Source: Lobosporangium transversale (Eukaryota). Taken from it: a stretch of DNA of 64,000 nt. A model generated the notes under the pieces. That model did no database searches. It saw only the letters and a list, made by a program, of their open reading frames with translations, and was not told where the DNA came from. Location: contig NW_019029005.1 in the NCBI RefSeq assembly GCF_002105155.1, forward strand, positions 62,001-126,000. The letters are read 5' to 3'. Position numbers and translations under genes: made by a program. Of this stretch, positions 11,288 through 25,056 are shown one piece after another (within the stretch, counting starts at the first letter, position 1; each line of letters starts with the position of its first letter).

Positions 11288-12973
11288 TTATTGGCGATTT
11301 ACCATGCCAGCCTGTGCTTGCTGCCATTCTAGGGACCTTTGCTGCTCTGGATCAACATAGCCAGAGCTTCCTGGAGAAAGTGGCTGTGGTTGGGCTATTG
11401 GGGGTTTGGGACTGAAACACAGGCTGAGGTTGGGCCGGCGATAAAGGCTGAGGCATTTGCTCAGGTGGGGTCGCTACCTGAGGACATGGTTGGGGCCCTG
11501 GCGAGAGCTGGAATATTGGCTGTGGCTGGAAAGAGCTGCGCCAATCATGTTGTGATGCTACTGGTACTTGTGATGCTACTGGTACTTGTGATGCTACTGG
11601 TACTTGGTATGCTACGCCGGTGTTTGGATTTGATTAGGAAATGTCTGTTGTCCTTGTGTCTGGGTTTGTGCTTGCATTAGTGTTGATACCTGGTGAGGAG
11701 GAGCATAATGGCGGTACGGGTCTTGGCTAAGTGGTTCAGGAGCGACCAAAAGCACAGGTGGGTCCACATCTGGTGAAACCACTAAGCCAGTACTAGGTTT
11801 GACATACTCTTTATTTTTCTTGTGACGCCAGAATACTGCACCGAGGAAGGCAAGCAAGGCCACAATACCAATGCTACCGCCAATGATCACTAGCAGGTTA
11901 GGCGATTCTGGACTTTCGGTGGGGTTCCCTGTAAGTTCATTTGATTCGGTAGTGTAGCTTGTTGTCCATTTTCGGGTATTGAGGTTATAAATAGAAATGT
12001 ATCGATATCTGCACCACTTGAAAAGCCTCCCCAGACGATCAATTGGTTATTACTAAAGGCACACACATGTCCAGCTCGTGCACCCGACAGCCCAACATCA
12101 GTACCCCGAGTCCATGTCAACGTTGCAACATCTAGAATATAGATATCTCCAAGGACAGTGCCTGGCTCTGATGCTGATGGGCCATTCCCTAGGCCCCCAA
12201 AGAGAATCATCTTTGTACCGCCATACGCGGGGATGAAGCAGCCCAAGAGTCGAGCTGAAGGCCTAAATCCGTTTGTTGCTAGGGTCTTCCAGCCTTCTTC
12301 ATCATTTAGTGCGTATAAACTGTCGCGAGTGAAAAATGTCTCAATAATGGATCCGCCAAAGACCAATAAACTTTTCAGCCCAGGCGCCCATGTCACCATG
12401 TAATTATTCATCTGAACAAGGTCCGGCTGTGAAGTTTGTTCGTAATAATAGTCTTCTGTTCTTGGATCATAAGTCATCAGCCGTTTGCCTGTTTCGATGG
12501 AATAGTATCCGTTTGGAATATAGACCCAACCCGAGACAGGATTTGTAGCGGCTGCCAGTCCAAGGCCAGTATTAGCATAAGTGGTTTGCTTAAGTCTTCT
12601 CCAGCTGCCTGAACCAAGGCCATAGCTATAGGCTGTGCCGTTGATGAAGACAAACCATTCTTGATTGTTCTTCATGAGTGCGCTTGCAAACCGTCTACCC
12701 GCGTAACCATTGGAAAGTTGCTGGTAGGCTGGGCTGCCGGTATGCCAGGGCCTCGATAGATCAAGATAAAACATCTGTGCCGTAGTTGGATCGGTGGGCA
12801 AAGTGGTGAGGACAGAGCCGCCCAGGAACATACATGGCCTTACCCTCTATAACACCACATACTGCTTAAATAACATGGGAGGGGCCTATAACTTTGTGCA
12901 TAACTAAATAATGAGGCGGGGATCAAGAATGGTGATATGAACAAGACAATCAGTCGGCAAATCGAGGACGCAT
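11288..12973 (-). CDS. Signal peptide + kelch/galactose-oxidase-like beta-propeller + single TM + P/Q-rich cytoplasmic tail
   Basis: ATG 12973 with hydrophobic N-terminus; kelch-like LLVFGG, MILFGG, DIYILDVATLTW, ARAGHVC and LIVWGG; TM IIGGSIGIVALLAFLGAVFW followed by RHKK; tail with 3x 18-bp repeat (QVPVAS); stop at 11288. No introns seen; several indels. Confidence 0.8.
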
Positions 12974-14849
12974 GCTTTATACCATGGCGGTGGAGTGGAA
13001 GAACAAGAGGTGAAATAGAGAAGAAACAAGGGAAGGTATGAATTAAATATGACCATGGCCACGATTATGGCGAAGTAATTCTGTCAACTTTAAAAAGGAA
13101 AAGAAAAGCAAAAAAAGCTCTCCATCAGATCATGAGTTGAACGCACAGAGATGTACCTAAAAAATGCTAGGGCCGAGATGGTCTAGATGCAGGTCCAAAT
13201 GTTCACCGCAATGTAAACAAATACAATAATAACGAAAAAAAAGTGAAGACTGGCAGGGGCCTGGGCCGGGGATTGTGGTAAGTTCTGTGGTTGCAATGTC
13301 CCTTACTCCCCCTCGGATCAACAGAGCCAATATCTTCAAAGGCAAATGCCTGGAATGCTCAAACAATCTCGGAGATTTGATTTGAAAGACATGACTACTT
13401 GAGAAAAAGGTGGGCATTGATATACCAAAGTTTTTTTCTTTGGTTCTTGTGTTGAATGTCTGACTTTATTTTTACTGATCTGCGTTTGTTCAGATAGTCA
13501 ATTCAAAATTACACGTTCCAAACTTAATTTGTCTAACTCGTTGATCATTAAACAGGTTAAAGCGAACATTCTTTTGTTCTTGTCAATCATTACAATCCCT
13601 TCCATCGCTCTTTTGTTTCCGTCGATTCATCGTTTCGATCCCACTGCAATACATATGCATCTTTTCAGATCATTCATCAGTTCTTTAGAATCATAACACC
13701 ATCACTTTTCAAGAAAAATGAATAAAACCAAGTTAAATCAAACTTGGCTTGCCACAACATGTTCTGATAAAAATAAAAAACAATTAATTCTTTCCATTGT
13801 TTTCTCAGCAGTTATATTGACTATCGTTTTTTTTTTTTTTTTTTTTTTTTTTTGCAGTTGCGGCTAGTCATACTACCTCTATTTGCAATAGCGTTCTTTG
13901 AGCAGGTTAATTCTATTAGGAAAATGTCTAGGGAATCATACTTCACTTTTAATCGCTTCATTGATTGAGAAGTAGAATATTTCTCCTGCTATATCAAGAA
14001 AAATGAAGTGTGATGGAAATGATAAATGACTTTTTGCCTTAAATCCAGCCTCGAACTAAATTCCTTAATTTCAAGTCCGAGAGTATCCTTATGTCGCTCA
14101 CATGAGGCCTAAAAAAATTATTTCTCTGAAAATTCAATATATTCTTTGATCTGGTCAAAACACTGCCATTGTTACACCCTCATGTCTTTCTAGGCTCATC
14201 GGAGCAGATTCTCAAGAGGAAAAACAAATGAAGGTAATAATTTGCTTTATGCTGTATAAATAGATCGACTTGAAATTTAATAAACGCGATTCTTTATTTT
14301 TGAGATGTATCACGGCTAAAACATTTAACTGGGGCGACTTTGGACTTCTTCTCTTAAAAGAATTTGAAAAGTCGTCTCATGGTCCGTGCGCGATAAAGAG
14401 AAGGTCCTCACTCACTTGTAAAGGTGGCTGTTCGATGCCTGTAGGTTTTCCCAAATCTCCTTTGATTTAATCGTATCTAGCGGGATTGGTTAGCATCCCC
14501 CTGACTACTTCGAATGGACAGAATTCACTGTGTTGTTCAAAACAATAAAACTTGACTAAAAGTCTATTAATACTCGAGCCATGAGGAATATAATACCTCT
14601 GAATGCTTCAATAGGATTTTGGCATGCTTTTCGGGACGCAGGAAAGACAGTATTGCCTCTTTTGTGCGACGAGGAGTATAGGGTTTGTTCCTTGGGGACG
14701 AGCTTTCTCAACTACGCTTGTTGCTTATAAAAACATAAATGGTTCTCGTTTTCCGCATACTTTCAGCGCTTCCACAATCCAAGAGCTGTGATGTAACCAT
14801 TAAATGTTATATGTTTGTCGAAGCATTGACACTCCCTTGCGGTGTTAGG

Positions 14850-15700
14850 AAGCCAAAAGCCCCATAGGCTGTGAGAATCCAGCTATTGCATAGGATACAC
14901 TCTTTGCGATTGGGTGCATATAATGGATCGCCAAGCGGGTGTGAAGCCAGTTGCCTTGCTCAGATATCTGATGTATCAATCCCATGCGGGCTGCACGTTA
15001 TGCTCCGGCTTTGCGGCCTCCATGAGGAACCTTATCGGCGTGATGACCTACCGTCTCCATAATCCCTTTTATGGATCTATAAAAACAAGAAGCCATGAAA
15101 AAGACAATTTATTAATATTATTACAACTACCGTGTAAGGTTCTGAACAATTCAATCTACTATTTTACTTATTTGTAGAGCGTGGTTGAAGAAATTACAGC
15201 ACTATCAGAGGCACCGAAAATGAGAAAAGCTTCCATTCACTTGTCTTCACGAAATGAGGATAGCTACTTCCTTTATACTATAATTCAAAAGATGGAGTGA
15301 AATCGAATGTGTGGTGGAGACTACTCATTGACAAGCTCCCCTTCGGTGTCCGCCTCCACCGATATATGCCTGATAAACTCCCTCTAATTTGTCAGATATG
15401 TAGGAAGTCTCCTGAGACGGAACAACATCTGCTATTTCAGTTGCCCCAAGAAGCTGGAAGTAGCAGGTGCAATGAAGTAATTTGTCGGAGAAAATGACTG
15501 GTCAGCCTTCCTACTGGAGTCGTTATTTTATGCCAACCCGACGAAATCAACCCACTCAACAATGTGCACCAACTTCCCCACATAACCCGTACTGATAAAT
15601 ATATTTTGGAAGATCTTAGAGGTACGGATATATTTCTAAAGCTCTTTTCGACTGAGGAAGCTGCCAACATGTGACGATTCAGGAAGATTCGAATAATGCA
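14850..15700 (+). mobile_element. Non-LTR (LINE-like) retrotransposon relic, C-terminal zf-RVT region
   Basis: NVWWRLLIDKLP...LICQICRKSPETEQHLLF(x)CPKKLEV at 15297-15465 is a typical CxxC...ET..H...C zf-RVT motif. Surrounding frames are degenerate; boundaries approximate. Confidence 0.7.
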
Positions 15701-17028
15701 ATTGAATGATCTCACTGTCTGTGTTACAATCAATTCACCCTAATGTGATTTAACGAGAAACACTTTCTGTTGATCTTGTAACATTCTAAACTCTTGATGC
15801 TGTTTCTTGGACTCACGGTTAGGGATACTCCAGAAGCGATAGAGACTGAACGCTGATCAACCACACTGCATGATCAGTAATATCACTAGTTAAATATAGG
15901 TGACAAATCGAGGGTGCTTGATACTGCGTTTTTCCACAGTGGTTTTACAGACAGATATTATACTTCAATTATACCAGCAAAATAGTGTGTGCTTAAATAA
16001 ATAAATAAATAAATAATAAAAAATAATAAATAAAATAAAATAAAAAAAAAAAAAAAAAAAAGGCGGGAGACCCGCATTGCTCGCAATACTATAGCGCTTG
16101 GCGATAGCAACTTTGGTGATGCTGTCTATAGCAGCCTCAGGTATTCTCTTATGGTATGGTACAGGATTAAGGAAGGTACATCAGTAGCAGACATTTTATA
16201 TGTTCATCGCTATTATCACATCAAAAAAAAAGACTTCGCAATTAAAGAATGTCTGCAGCACCTCTATAGATGATTCAAAAAGCGATCGCGTCGATAATAC
16301 TCTGATTGCTTTCTCACAACTCATGACTCGTAAACAAATACAGCCAGCATCCAGCGTCGAAAATAAGTCTATTAGAGTAATGTCATTGATATTTACAAAC
16401 ATATACACAACAATCATGACAGAGTGTCATCTGTCATTGCAGGCCTGCGATGAGCTCAATATCATCATGACTACCAAGGGGTTCCGAAGGCAGATACTAA
16501 GGCATGCGTGGTGTTTATCTTCAAAATATTACTTGTAGCGATACCGCCCCTACGTTGCAATCGCAATAAGAGAATCAAACAATCTAAAGGCGCACATCGG
16601 CAACAACAAAAGATTGAGGGCAGACCTGGACTGTAGACACCGGATTAGCTGGCTTTTTATTTATCTCTGTTGTACCAACTTCCTTCCGCTCCAGCTAGCG
16701 GCTCCTAAAGAACCAAATGATATTTGCTTACATAGTAGTTTCTTTTACTGCTATTACCACCAAGGATCATTCATAAAGACCAGCCAACAATGCAGTAAAT
16801 ATAGCGGCTCAGAGGTCATTAGCTCTCAAAGAAAATCAGAGGTACTATGCTATTGATACTCAACCATCCTTGAGGAATTTAACTATTTTGAATGTGATGG
16901 CCACAATACTTCTAATTTTAATGGACCTGCATCTTTTTTTTTTTTTTCTTTTTCTTCTCCTCCCTTTCCTTCTCTTATTCATTCTCTTTCTCTGATAACT
17001 CCCCCTCCAACCGATCTCGCACCAAAAA

Positions 17029-18689
17029 ATGTCTTCATTCGATATTCATGCACTCCGGAGGACTACTACGTTTACCAGTAGCTCCATTGCTGTCCCCACT
17101 AAACCATGTCGAGCCAATGGCAATCCTGAATGCCATCGGGGCTTCGTCCGAGAACGCTGTAGAAAGTGTACTCTGGGCTCTATCGTCTGCCATATGTGCT
17201 ATTCGGCGCCCTCACCTTCTTATTTAAAACCCTCAACGTCCGCCCTGTCCCCATCCTTGCTATCATCGTCATTAGCATTGACAACAAGATCTCCTTGCTC
17301 TGGTCAATACCAAGGTAAAAACCCCAAAGCAAAAGCGCCCATCGTCTGTCATCACCCTCTGTTTTGAACGCGGCCATCCCATCCGCTTCAACAACTACAA
17401 CTAGCACAGACACCGGCAACGCCTCTAGGGCATCAATCTCGTTTCTGCACGAAGAAGCCTTTCTTTCGAGCCTTCAGATCTTGTACCTATATCTGCTCCC
17501 GTATCAACGGCCTCATTTAATCCTTCTCCTACCCCACAGTCAGCTTGTTCGCCCACATCGATCACCTTTTCATCCAATATCGCTGTATCAACAAGAATTA
17601 ATGGTGCTGCAGCCAACAGCTCAAAAATGGCATCGCCAACAGGAACAACAGTAGCAGCTTCGCCTCTTGTTCTTCCTTCATCTTCTTCTGCATCCCCTTC
17701 CTCCTTTCTAACGCCCTGTATCTACTGCAAAAATGGCCGAAAGGCTTGTGAAGAATGCTTTGGACTGGGCTATGTCCAACGATTTGCCAAGATTGTATCG
17801 AGAAAGCCATCGACGGCATAGTAAAATAATCATCACAACATCATCAGCCTACGTCGGGGCAGAAGTAATGAGGGGTACGGGGTCCACACTAATAGCTGTA
17901 ATAATAATGGCAGTGGTAGTGGCGATAGCGGTGATGAAGGGACCAGTCGTGGTCGAAAGCGTGGTTATAGCAGGAACAACAATAATAGTGCAGCCTACCG
18001 AAGAAAAGCTTCTCTACCATTGCCAACGTCTTGGAATCAGATGGGTGAAGGATGGTCCAAATTTAAAGAGCAGCTTTTGGTAAGCACAACAAACATGGCA
18101 ACTGCAACAACAGCCGCGATGGCCAAATCAATCTCTCGACCGGAGGGGGCGGATCGGGATCTGTAAAGGGCAATGATAGGGTACAGTAAAGGGAGCACAG
18201 GTTAGTGCGGCCGTGCAAGAACGGAAGGAACAGGAGCAGGAGCAGCAACCGATCGACATATCTCCTACCATTGCCCTCGCAAGCGTGAGCTCTGGCATAG
18301 GTACAAGCCCTGGCACAGATACTGACACGGCGACAACAATAGCACAACCAAGAGCCCCAACCACGCTAACATTCTCTGTCCCTGTGCCAGAAGCTCTCAT
18401 AGAGCATTCACCCTCTAACCAGTTTCCTCTCCCCTTACAACAACAACAAGAGCATAAGCTACTATCCTACCCCGAGGCTAAAGATTTTAAAGAAGATGAT
18501 GAGATCGAAGTACAGACCAAGGACTGGATTGATGGGAATGGTACTTCTGATGCGCTGATGCTACTTTACACCCCGAATATGGTTGCGATAACAGTAAGGT
18601 CAACAGTAACGGTAGTGGTAGCCGTCTCTGTCATTCAAGGACACAGTCAAGAAACATCTCAAAGTACCAATTTTATTTTCAAACATTAA
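17029..18689 (+). CDS. DnaJ-type zinc-finger protein without J-domain, paralog B, with a long Ser/Pro insertion in the finger
   Basis: TKPCRANGNPECHRG...CRKCTLG...CHMC (about 17100-17200) and PCIYCKNGRKACEECFGLG...CQDC (about 17715-17795) align with paralog A. Multiple indels; C-terminal extent is uncertain. Confidence 0.65.
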
Positions 18690-19255
18690 CAAGCGAGCAA
18701 CCAACAAAGCAAACGTGTTAAACAATGCCAGTGAGGTCGATGGGCATAATAGGCGCCGTCAAAAGAAAAAAAAAGACAAAGCATCATCGTCGACAGTGGT
18801 CATTGTCACTACTTGCACCAAGTGGCCTCCTGCGTTCCATGGCCTCATCAGCTGCATGAATACGTTACATATACATGTACGCCTTTTTATGTTTTAATCC
18901 CCGTACTCAAGTACATGTACATCCATAATATTCTGTTTAATCCCATGTAATAAGTCATGATGCATAATTCAATATTCAATAATAAGGGCAGACTATATAA
19001 TCATCGGCAAAAAAAGAAAAACCAGATTGTTGACACATGCTTATTTGTTGAGAAAGGGACCAAACTTTAATGACAAAAGCGCGGTAAAAAAGATACACAA
19101 AAGATCTCCGCTCGTAAAAGGCTCCGCATTGTTGTTGGGCACGTTCACAATTCTATTGTCCTCGATGTGCCCATATTCATAAACGTATCTCTTTTTTTTT
19201 TTTTTTTTTTTTTTTTCTTAACAGCCTGCTTCTAAATTGACATGTATCCTTAAAC

Positions 19256-19291
<36 letters not shown>

Positions 19292-19868
19292 GGGGAAGAG
19301 AAGAGGGGAAACAAAGAGTCTTTACCTTCTTCTCCTTCACTCCTTCCTTTCTTCTTTTAAGTAAAGAACAAGAGCATGATGCTTCCGTGTGACCCAAAAC
19401 AAACAAAAGGAAACGAAAAACCAAAAAAAAAAAAAAAAAAAAAAAAAAAGCCAAACAAGCCAAAAAAGCCAAAAGTCAAAAAAGCCTCTGTACATGAATG
19501 CAGGGCAGTGTTTTTTGTCAGAGGTTGTGACCCATGACATGTACAGTATCATGCGAACCAAACAAACAACAAACGTGTGAGATAGATGCATGGAAATATG
19601 AAGTATTTGCTACTACACACCATGCAGAACCTCCCGTTTTTTTTTTTTTTTTTTTTGCATGGTGAGAAAAGAGGATTTAATATTTAATGTAATCTAGAAA
19701 ATGCGAACATGTGGATGACAGATTGAAAGGCGATAATGGTGTATAAAGCAGTAAAAAAAAGGGGGGTAGGAAAAGGCGAAGAGAAAGAGTTGATGCTGAC
19801 AATGATGATGAGGATGACGATGGCGATGAAAGATAATAATAATAATAATAATAATAAAGGTAATGATA

Positions 19869-20838
19869 TTACAACTTGAGCTTGGCGCCTTTGGAATTTT
19901 CTGCTTGTGATGAACCATTCTTGATACTTGACCTCTTGTTGCCCTCGCGATCGATGAAGCTGATGTTCTTTTGACCTGAAATGCTTTGACAGCATCCATC
20001 TTGTCGCGCACCACTGTCTTGGAGTTCCCTTTGTCCCCAGGCTGGCGACCCAATCTCCGGTCTCTGGCCTCCCTTTCGGCTTTGCGTTCTGCTTCCTTGC
20101 GAGCCTTTTCTCGGATCTCGACCTTCTTGGCCTTTTTAGCCTGAGCACGCTTCCGTTTCCTATCAGCCTGTTCCATCTCAGTGTCGCCCTTGATGGGTTG
20201 TTTACCTGCAGAGTAGACTTCCTCTGGGGCTAATAGTGCCGCATCAGCAACACTGACAGGAATAGCTTCCTCCATACTGATCGCTGGTGCATTCGTAACC
20301 ACTGTGAGTTCAGCCTTGGGTGGCTTGGGTGTGTAATGCCAATTGCTGAGCGAATCAAGCTTTTGGCAAAGCTGTTGCCATAATTGTGTGATTCTTCATG
20401 TTTCTTCTCCAAGGCTGCTTCACGCTCACTCAACACAGGCCCTGTGGTCGATGTCTGACGAACATATTCATCCTCATACAGTTCTGCAAGTGATTTCTTT
20501 GATTTCTCATCAGAAATCTCGACTCTTGTGGATGGATTGAAGGCCTTTTGGTTGGGTGCGGCCTTGCGAACCACATCATCAAAATTACCAGCCAAGATAC
20601 GTTCCTTGATCATGTCTTCTAACGTCTGTGTTGTCTCTGCGGTGATAACAGGAATAGGCTTCGCTACCGTCTCGAAATCAAGATCCTCCTCTAGCAAACT
20701 GTTGACAGGACGATCTGAAAGATGATGCCTCTCCTTTGATGGTCCAGTCTTTAGCTGCAACATTCTCCTGCTCTAATGCCTCGATCTGTGCCTTGAGTTT
20801 CCTCTGTTGCTTTTCAAACTTTGACAGTTTTTCTGTAA

Positions 20839-20873
<35 letters not shown>

Positions 20874-22287
20874 AACAAATTAATTCTTCGTCATCCATAG
20901 TGAATTAAAAAAAAAGGTTGATAAGCCCTTTCTTCAATCAAAGTTGTTCTTTTTTTTTTTTCTTTACCTGCTTCATCATCTTCCGCTTCGTCTATTCCAA
21001 AGAGATTAGAGACCCTATCACCGAGTTCATTGATCTCTGCATTTTCATCATCTTCATCAGCGTCTTCCATCTCCAGATCATCGCTATTTTCAGCTTTACC
21101 AAAAGAGTCTTCATTATTTTTTGATGGGCGTTGAGCCTTAAACCTGTTAGTCGTTCCTCTTGGTGGTGGAGCGAAAAAGTCCTTGTATGTCACGTCTATA
21201 AAAAAAAAAAATGCACACCCACATGCACACATTAAAAATGGTCAACAACGGTCTTTTTTTTTTTTTTTTTTTGATTAGAAACATAGCAAAAGGTATCGCA
21301 TCTTTATAAATTTACCGTGAGCATCTGCTTCATCCTCATTCTCGCCCATGTTTCCGAAATCGTCATCCTCATCACCACTTTCAATAACATCCGGATCTGC
21401 AAAGTAGTCAATCTCCTCATCATCATCTTCGGGTTCCTTGTCTTCCAGCTCATCCTGCTCCTGTTTCTCTGTTAAGGCATTGAACTCCTCAAGATTAAAA
21501 AAATCATCATCCACTTCTGAGGTCTTGGTCCTTTTTCTTGACTGGCAGATCGAGATCATCCAAGTCTTCTTCTTCTTCTTCTTCTTCTTCTTCATCATCA
21601 TCATCATCCTCATCCTCTCCCCTTTCCTGATAATCCTCTGGTTCCATGTCATCAAAATTTTCTGCATCATCTTCACCAGAGAACCCTTCCATGTGATCAG
21701 TATCAGCGATATCAACACCATATCTCATCATCAAGGCCCAAATTCATTTCTGCCTCATCATCATCTTCTGCTTGATCATGATCCTGACCATGCTTTCTTC
21801 CCCCCTTATTCTCGTCCTCATCATCATCACTAGCTGCTGCTTTTGACGATGGTGTTCCTGATTGTTAGATTTAAGGTTTTTAAGTTCTAGCTTGAGGTAA
21901 GATAGGAAAGGCGTATTTTGCATATGAATCTCTTCCCAGATTTGGTCGTTATCAAAGCCATCGATAAATAATTCTTCTAACATGGAGCCATGTTTCTTGA
22001 GTGATCCAGATTCAGTTGACTTGCCTAAAAGAAAGAAAAAAAAAAGTCAGTCTAAGTACCCATGGTTATCAATCAATTGCTTAAAGCCATCTTAATGAAT
22101 CAGAGAAAAAAAAAAAAAAACATAATAATAGTGTTTCTCTAATGCCAATTTTATTTTACCAAGGTCATAGAGGTATTTTGTGATGGCTTTGGCTTGCCTC
22201 AGCCGAAGTCTCAGACTTTGTAAGGAAAACCTCTGGTCGAGCGAGAACCTGGTCATGGAAAGACTTTAGCAATGCCTCATCAGGCAT
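19869..22287 (-). CDS. MPP10: U3 snoRNP / SSU processome protein Mpp10
   Basis: LEELFIDGFDNDQIWEEI, DDDFFNLEEFN, KLSKFEKQQRKL..IEALEQEN..KDWTIKGE, RPVNSLLEEDLDF, LEDMIKERI...FDDV, KSKKSLAELYE, APAISMEEAIP, LLAPEEVY, and C-terminal KLKL*. About three introns. Confidence 0.95.
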
Positions 22288-22584
22288 TGTCTTTTTCTAA
22301 TGACATTATGCTGTGTTATATGTAAATGTGTATATGTTTGAAGACAGTGTCAAGCCAAGTCAAGCAGCTGATGTTTGCAGGAGATGAGGCAAAGGTCGTT
22401 ATTGAAAAGGCCACCTCTTTTTGTTTAAAAAAAAAAAAAAAGACTGTACATAAACAATGTGGCTTATTGATGACTACTAAATACCACATGACTTATACCC
22501 GAGTGCTCTCTTATTTGCAAACGCGCTTTTCTCTTCTTTGTCTCCGCGCTTTTTTCATTCCTTGTCTCTACCTTTATACTTTAA

Positions 22585-24587
22585 ATGTCTGCTGCAAACG
22601 TCCCTGAGGGACTTAAGTCCATCACTCCATACCTGCAACGCGCTGCCCAGTTGCAGGGCCGTGAACCTATCGTGTCATACTATGGTATATAATAGATAAA
22701 AGAATAAGGAAAAAAAAAAAAAAAAAAAAATTGTGAAAAAGTATAATGGGGTTTGTTCATTATTCACGAGGAATTGTTCATTCATTATTATCGCTTTCTC
22801 TTTCTCGCTGCCATTCTGTCTTTATATATATATTCATCCCCAGCCAATTATTATGCTGCCAAATTGGCTATTCCTAAGGCAGGACAGGATGCTAGCAACA
22901 GGGCGTTTGTGTGGAGCTACTCGATACTTTGGAGAAGGTAAGAACAAGTGCTGGCGCAGGAAGTAAAGGAGGAATTCATTTCTTTTTTTTTTTTTTTTTT
23001 TTTTTAACCGGCTTTATGCCTGCTATCAGTGTAACACAGGATTCTTGGCATTCTAGAGAAGCATTTGTAAAAATAATATCATGTAAAATACTAATGAACC
23101 CTTTTTTCTTTGTGTGTCCTTTTCCATAACAGCAACGAAAAGAGATTGGAGAGAATGAGGCCATCTCGAGTGATTTGGTTGGATATGCTCACATTGAGAA
23201 CTTTGCCCTCAAGATCTTTAGCAGAGCTGACGACGAAGACCGTGCTGGACAAGGTTCACAGTAGGGGACATACATCGTCATTCTCATAAAATGTGCAAAA
23301 ATCAGGGCTCATATCCTTACTATTTTTTTTTTTTTTTTTTTTTTTGTGCGTACTGTTTTTCCTTCAACAAACAAAAGAAAAACTGCCAAGAATTTTGTCG
23401 CTGCTGCTAACTTTCTGGAACTACTCAAAGTGTTTGGTGATATTGATTCTGAAGTCGAAGCCAAGATCAAATATTCCAAATGGAGGCTGCCGAGATTGTA
23501 AAAGCACTTCGTGATGGTCGTACGCCCCCCTTACCACCAGGAGCTGATAAACCCAAGGAGGAGATCATCACAGATGCCAGTGCTAGCGCCAACTTGACAG
23601 GATTGGAATCTTCATTGGACATGTTGGGAGGCGATAATAAAGTCAACAACAATGATCTTGATAATACCAATGTTACTTCAGCATTCACTCCTATACTTCC
23701 ACTCCTGTGTCCCATCCTCATCTATGATAACAACGCCTCAGTCTGGATTCCCAACAATCTCCAATTCCCTTCGCCTCCCTTGGGACCTTCCAGCACAAGC
23801 GGCAGTAACGTTGGTGGTGGAAATGCCTTAAACGGGACCTTTACTGACAGTAACAACAACAATTGGAGTCAAGCGTCCCATAGCCCCAACCCCACCTTTG
23901 GCCAGAACCAGAGTCAGAACATATACCAACCAGCAGCTGCACCACCATCACAAACATCAATACCCTCTACTTTTAATCCCACTGCGGCCAATATCAACTC
24001 TCCACCAACTTCAGGACACATTACAGGGCCTTCGGACACACAATACGGATATGGAGTAGGAAACAATCAACCTCATAGTAGTGGTCCATATCAACAACAA
24101 CCTACTGTGAGTCATATGAACACACCTTCACCAAACTCATATGTCCAGCCATCTTCTGGATTCTCCCAGCCTTCCGCACCTTATCAGCATCAGCCTCATT
24201 CTCAAACACAGCCACAACCACAGCCACATCTGCATCCACAATCACAACCACTACAGGCACCGTCTCTCAAATCCCATACACACCTGTCCAGATGGTTCTG
24301 GACCCTGCTGTCAATACCCAAATTCAGAAGCATTGTTAAATGGACCGTTTCTGCATTAACATATGATGACATTCCGACGGCCATTGATAATCTGGAAAAA
24401 GCACTTGCTCTTCTTCGTGTAAGTATTGTATTGTTTTTTTTTATTTTTTATTATTTATTTTTATTTTTTTGTACTAATGCTTGGTGTGTGATAGAAACAC
24501 TAATTTGTTTGTATTCTTTTCTGTTTAATTATCTCCTTCACATTGCCTTGACTGGTTGACCATCCATAGCCATATCATAACAAATAA
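22585..24587 (+). CDS. VTA1: ESCRT/Vps4 cofactor Vta1
   Basis: MSAANVPEGLKSITPYLQRAAQL..REPIVSYY/ANYYAAKLAI, ENFALKIFSRADDEDRAG, KIKYSKWR, P/Q/S-rich linker, and C-terminal VSL-like KWTVSALTYDDIPTAIDNLEKALALL; spliced. Confidence 0.93.
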
Positions 24588-24706
24588 TAAAACATCCGAA
24601 TCTTTGCATAAATCCATCCACAATCATCTCGGGCACATTCATGACAAAAATAACTATTAGAATTGACGATTATGCGTCCCCCCGCTTTTTTTTTTTCCTT
24701 CCAAAA

Positions 24707-25020
24707 TCAAAGGCTCTTGTTTATTATGCTAAGAGCAATCTTCTTGCGGAGATAATCCATATTCCTCTGTGAAAAATCTAACTGATCCTGTCCTCGACTC
24801 TTGAACTCGATGAATGTGCATGTGAACACTCCACAATCAAATCCATTCTTTTGAGTGGGAATGTCTTTGGGACAATCATTTTCCCATCCATGAAAATCAA
24901 ATGGCTTCTTTCAGTTTATCTGTGTTCTGATTCAAGGTAATTACGAAGAAGCTTCATAAAGTGGAAGAAATAAAAAAAGAATCTTTAGTTTCGCTTAACA
25001 GTAAGGTTCAACTTGACCAA

Positions 25021-25056
<36 letters not shown>

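Noticed and set aside
13860..14800. Coding-like AT-rich stretch next to a poly-T
   Set aside because: No recognisable motif in any frame; it may be more TE debris but I cannot support that.
16200..16538. 112-aa ORF as a possible transposase fragment
   Set aside because: No diagnostic motif.
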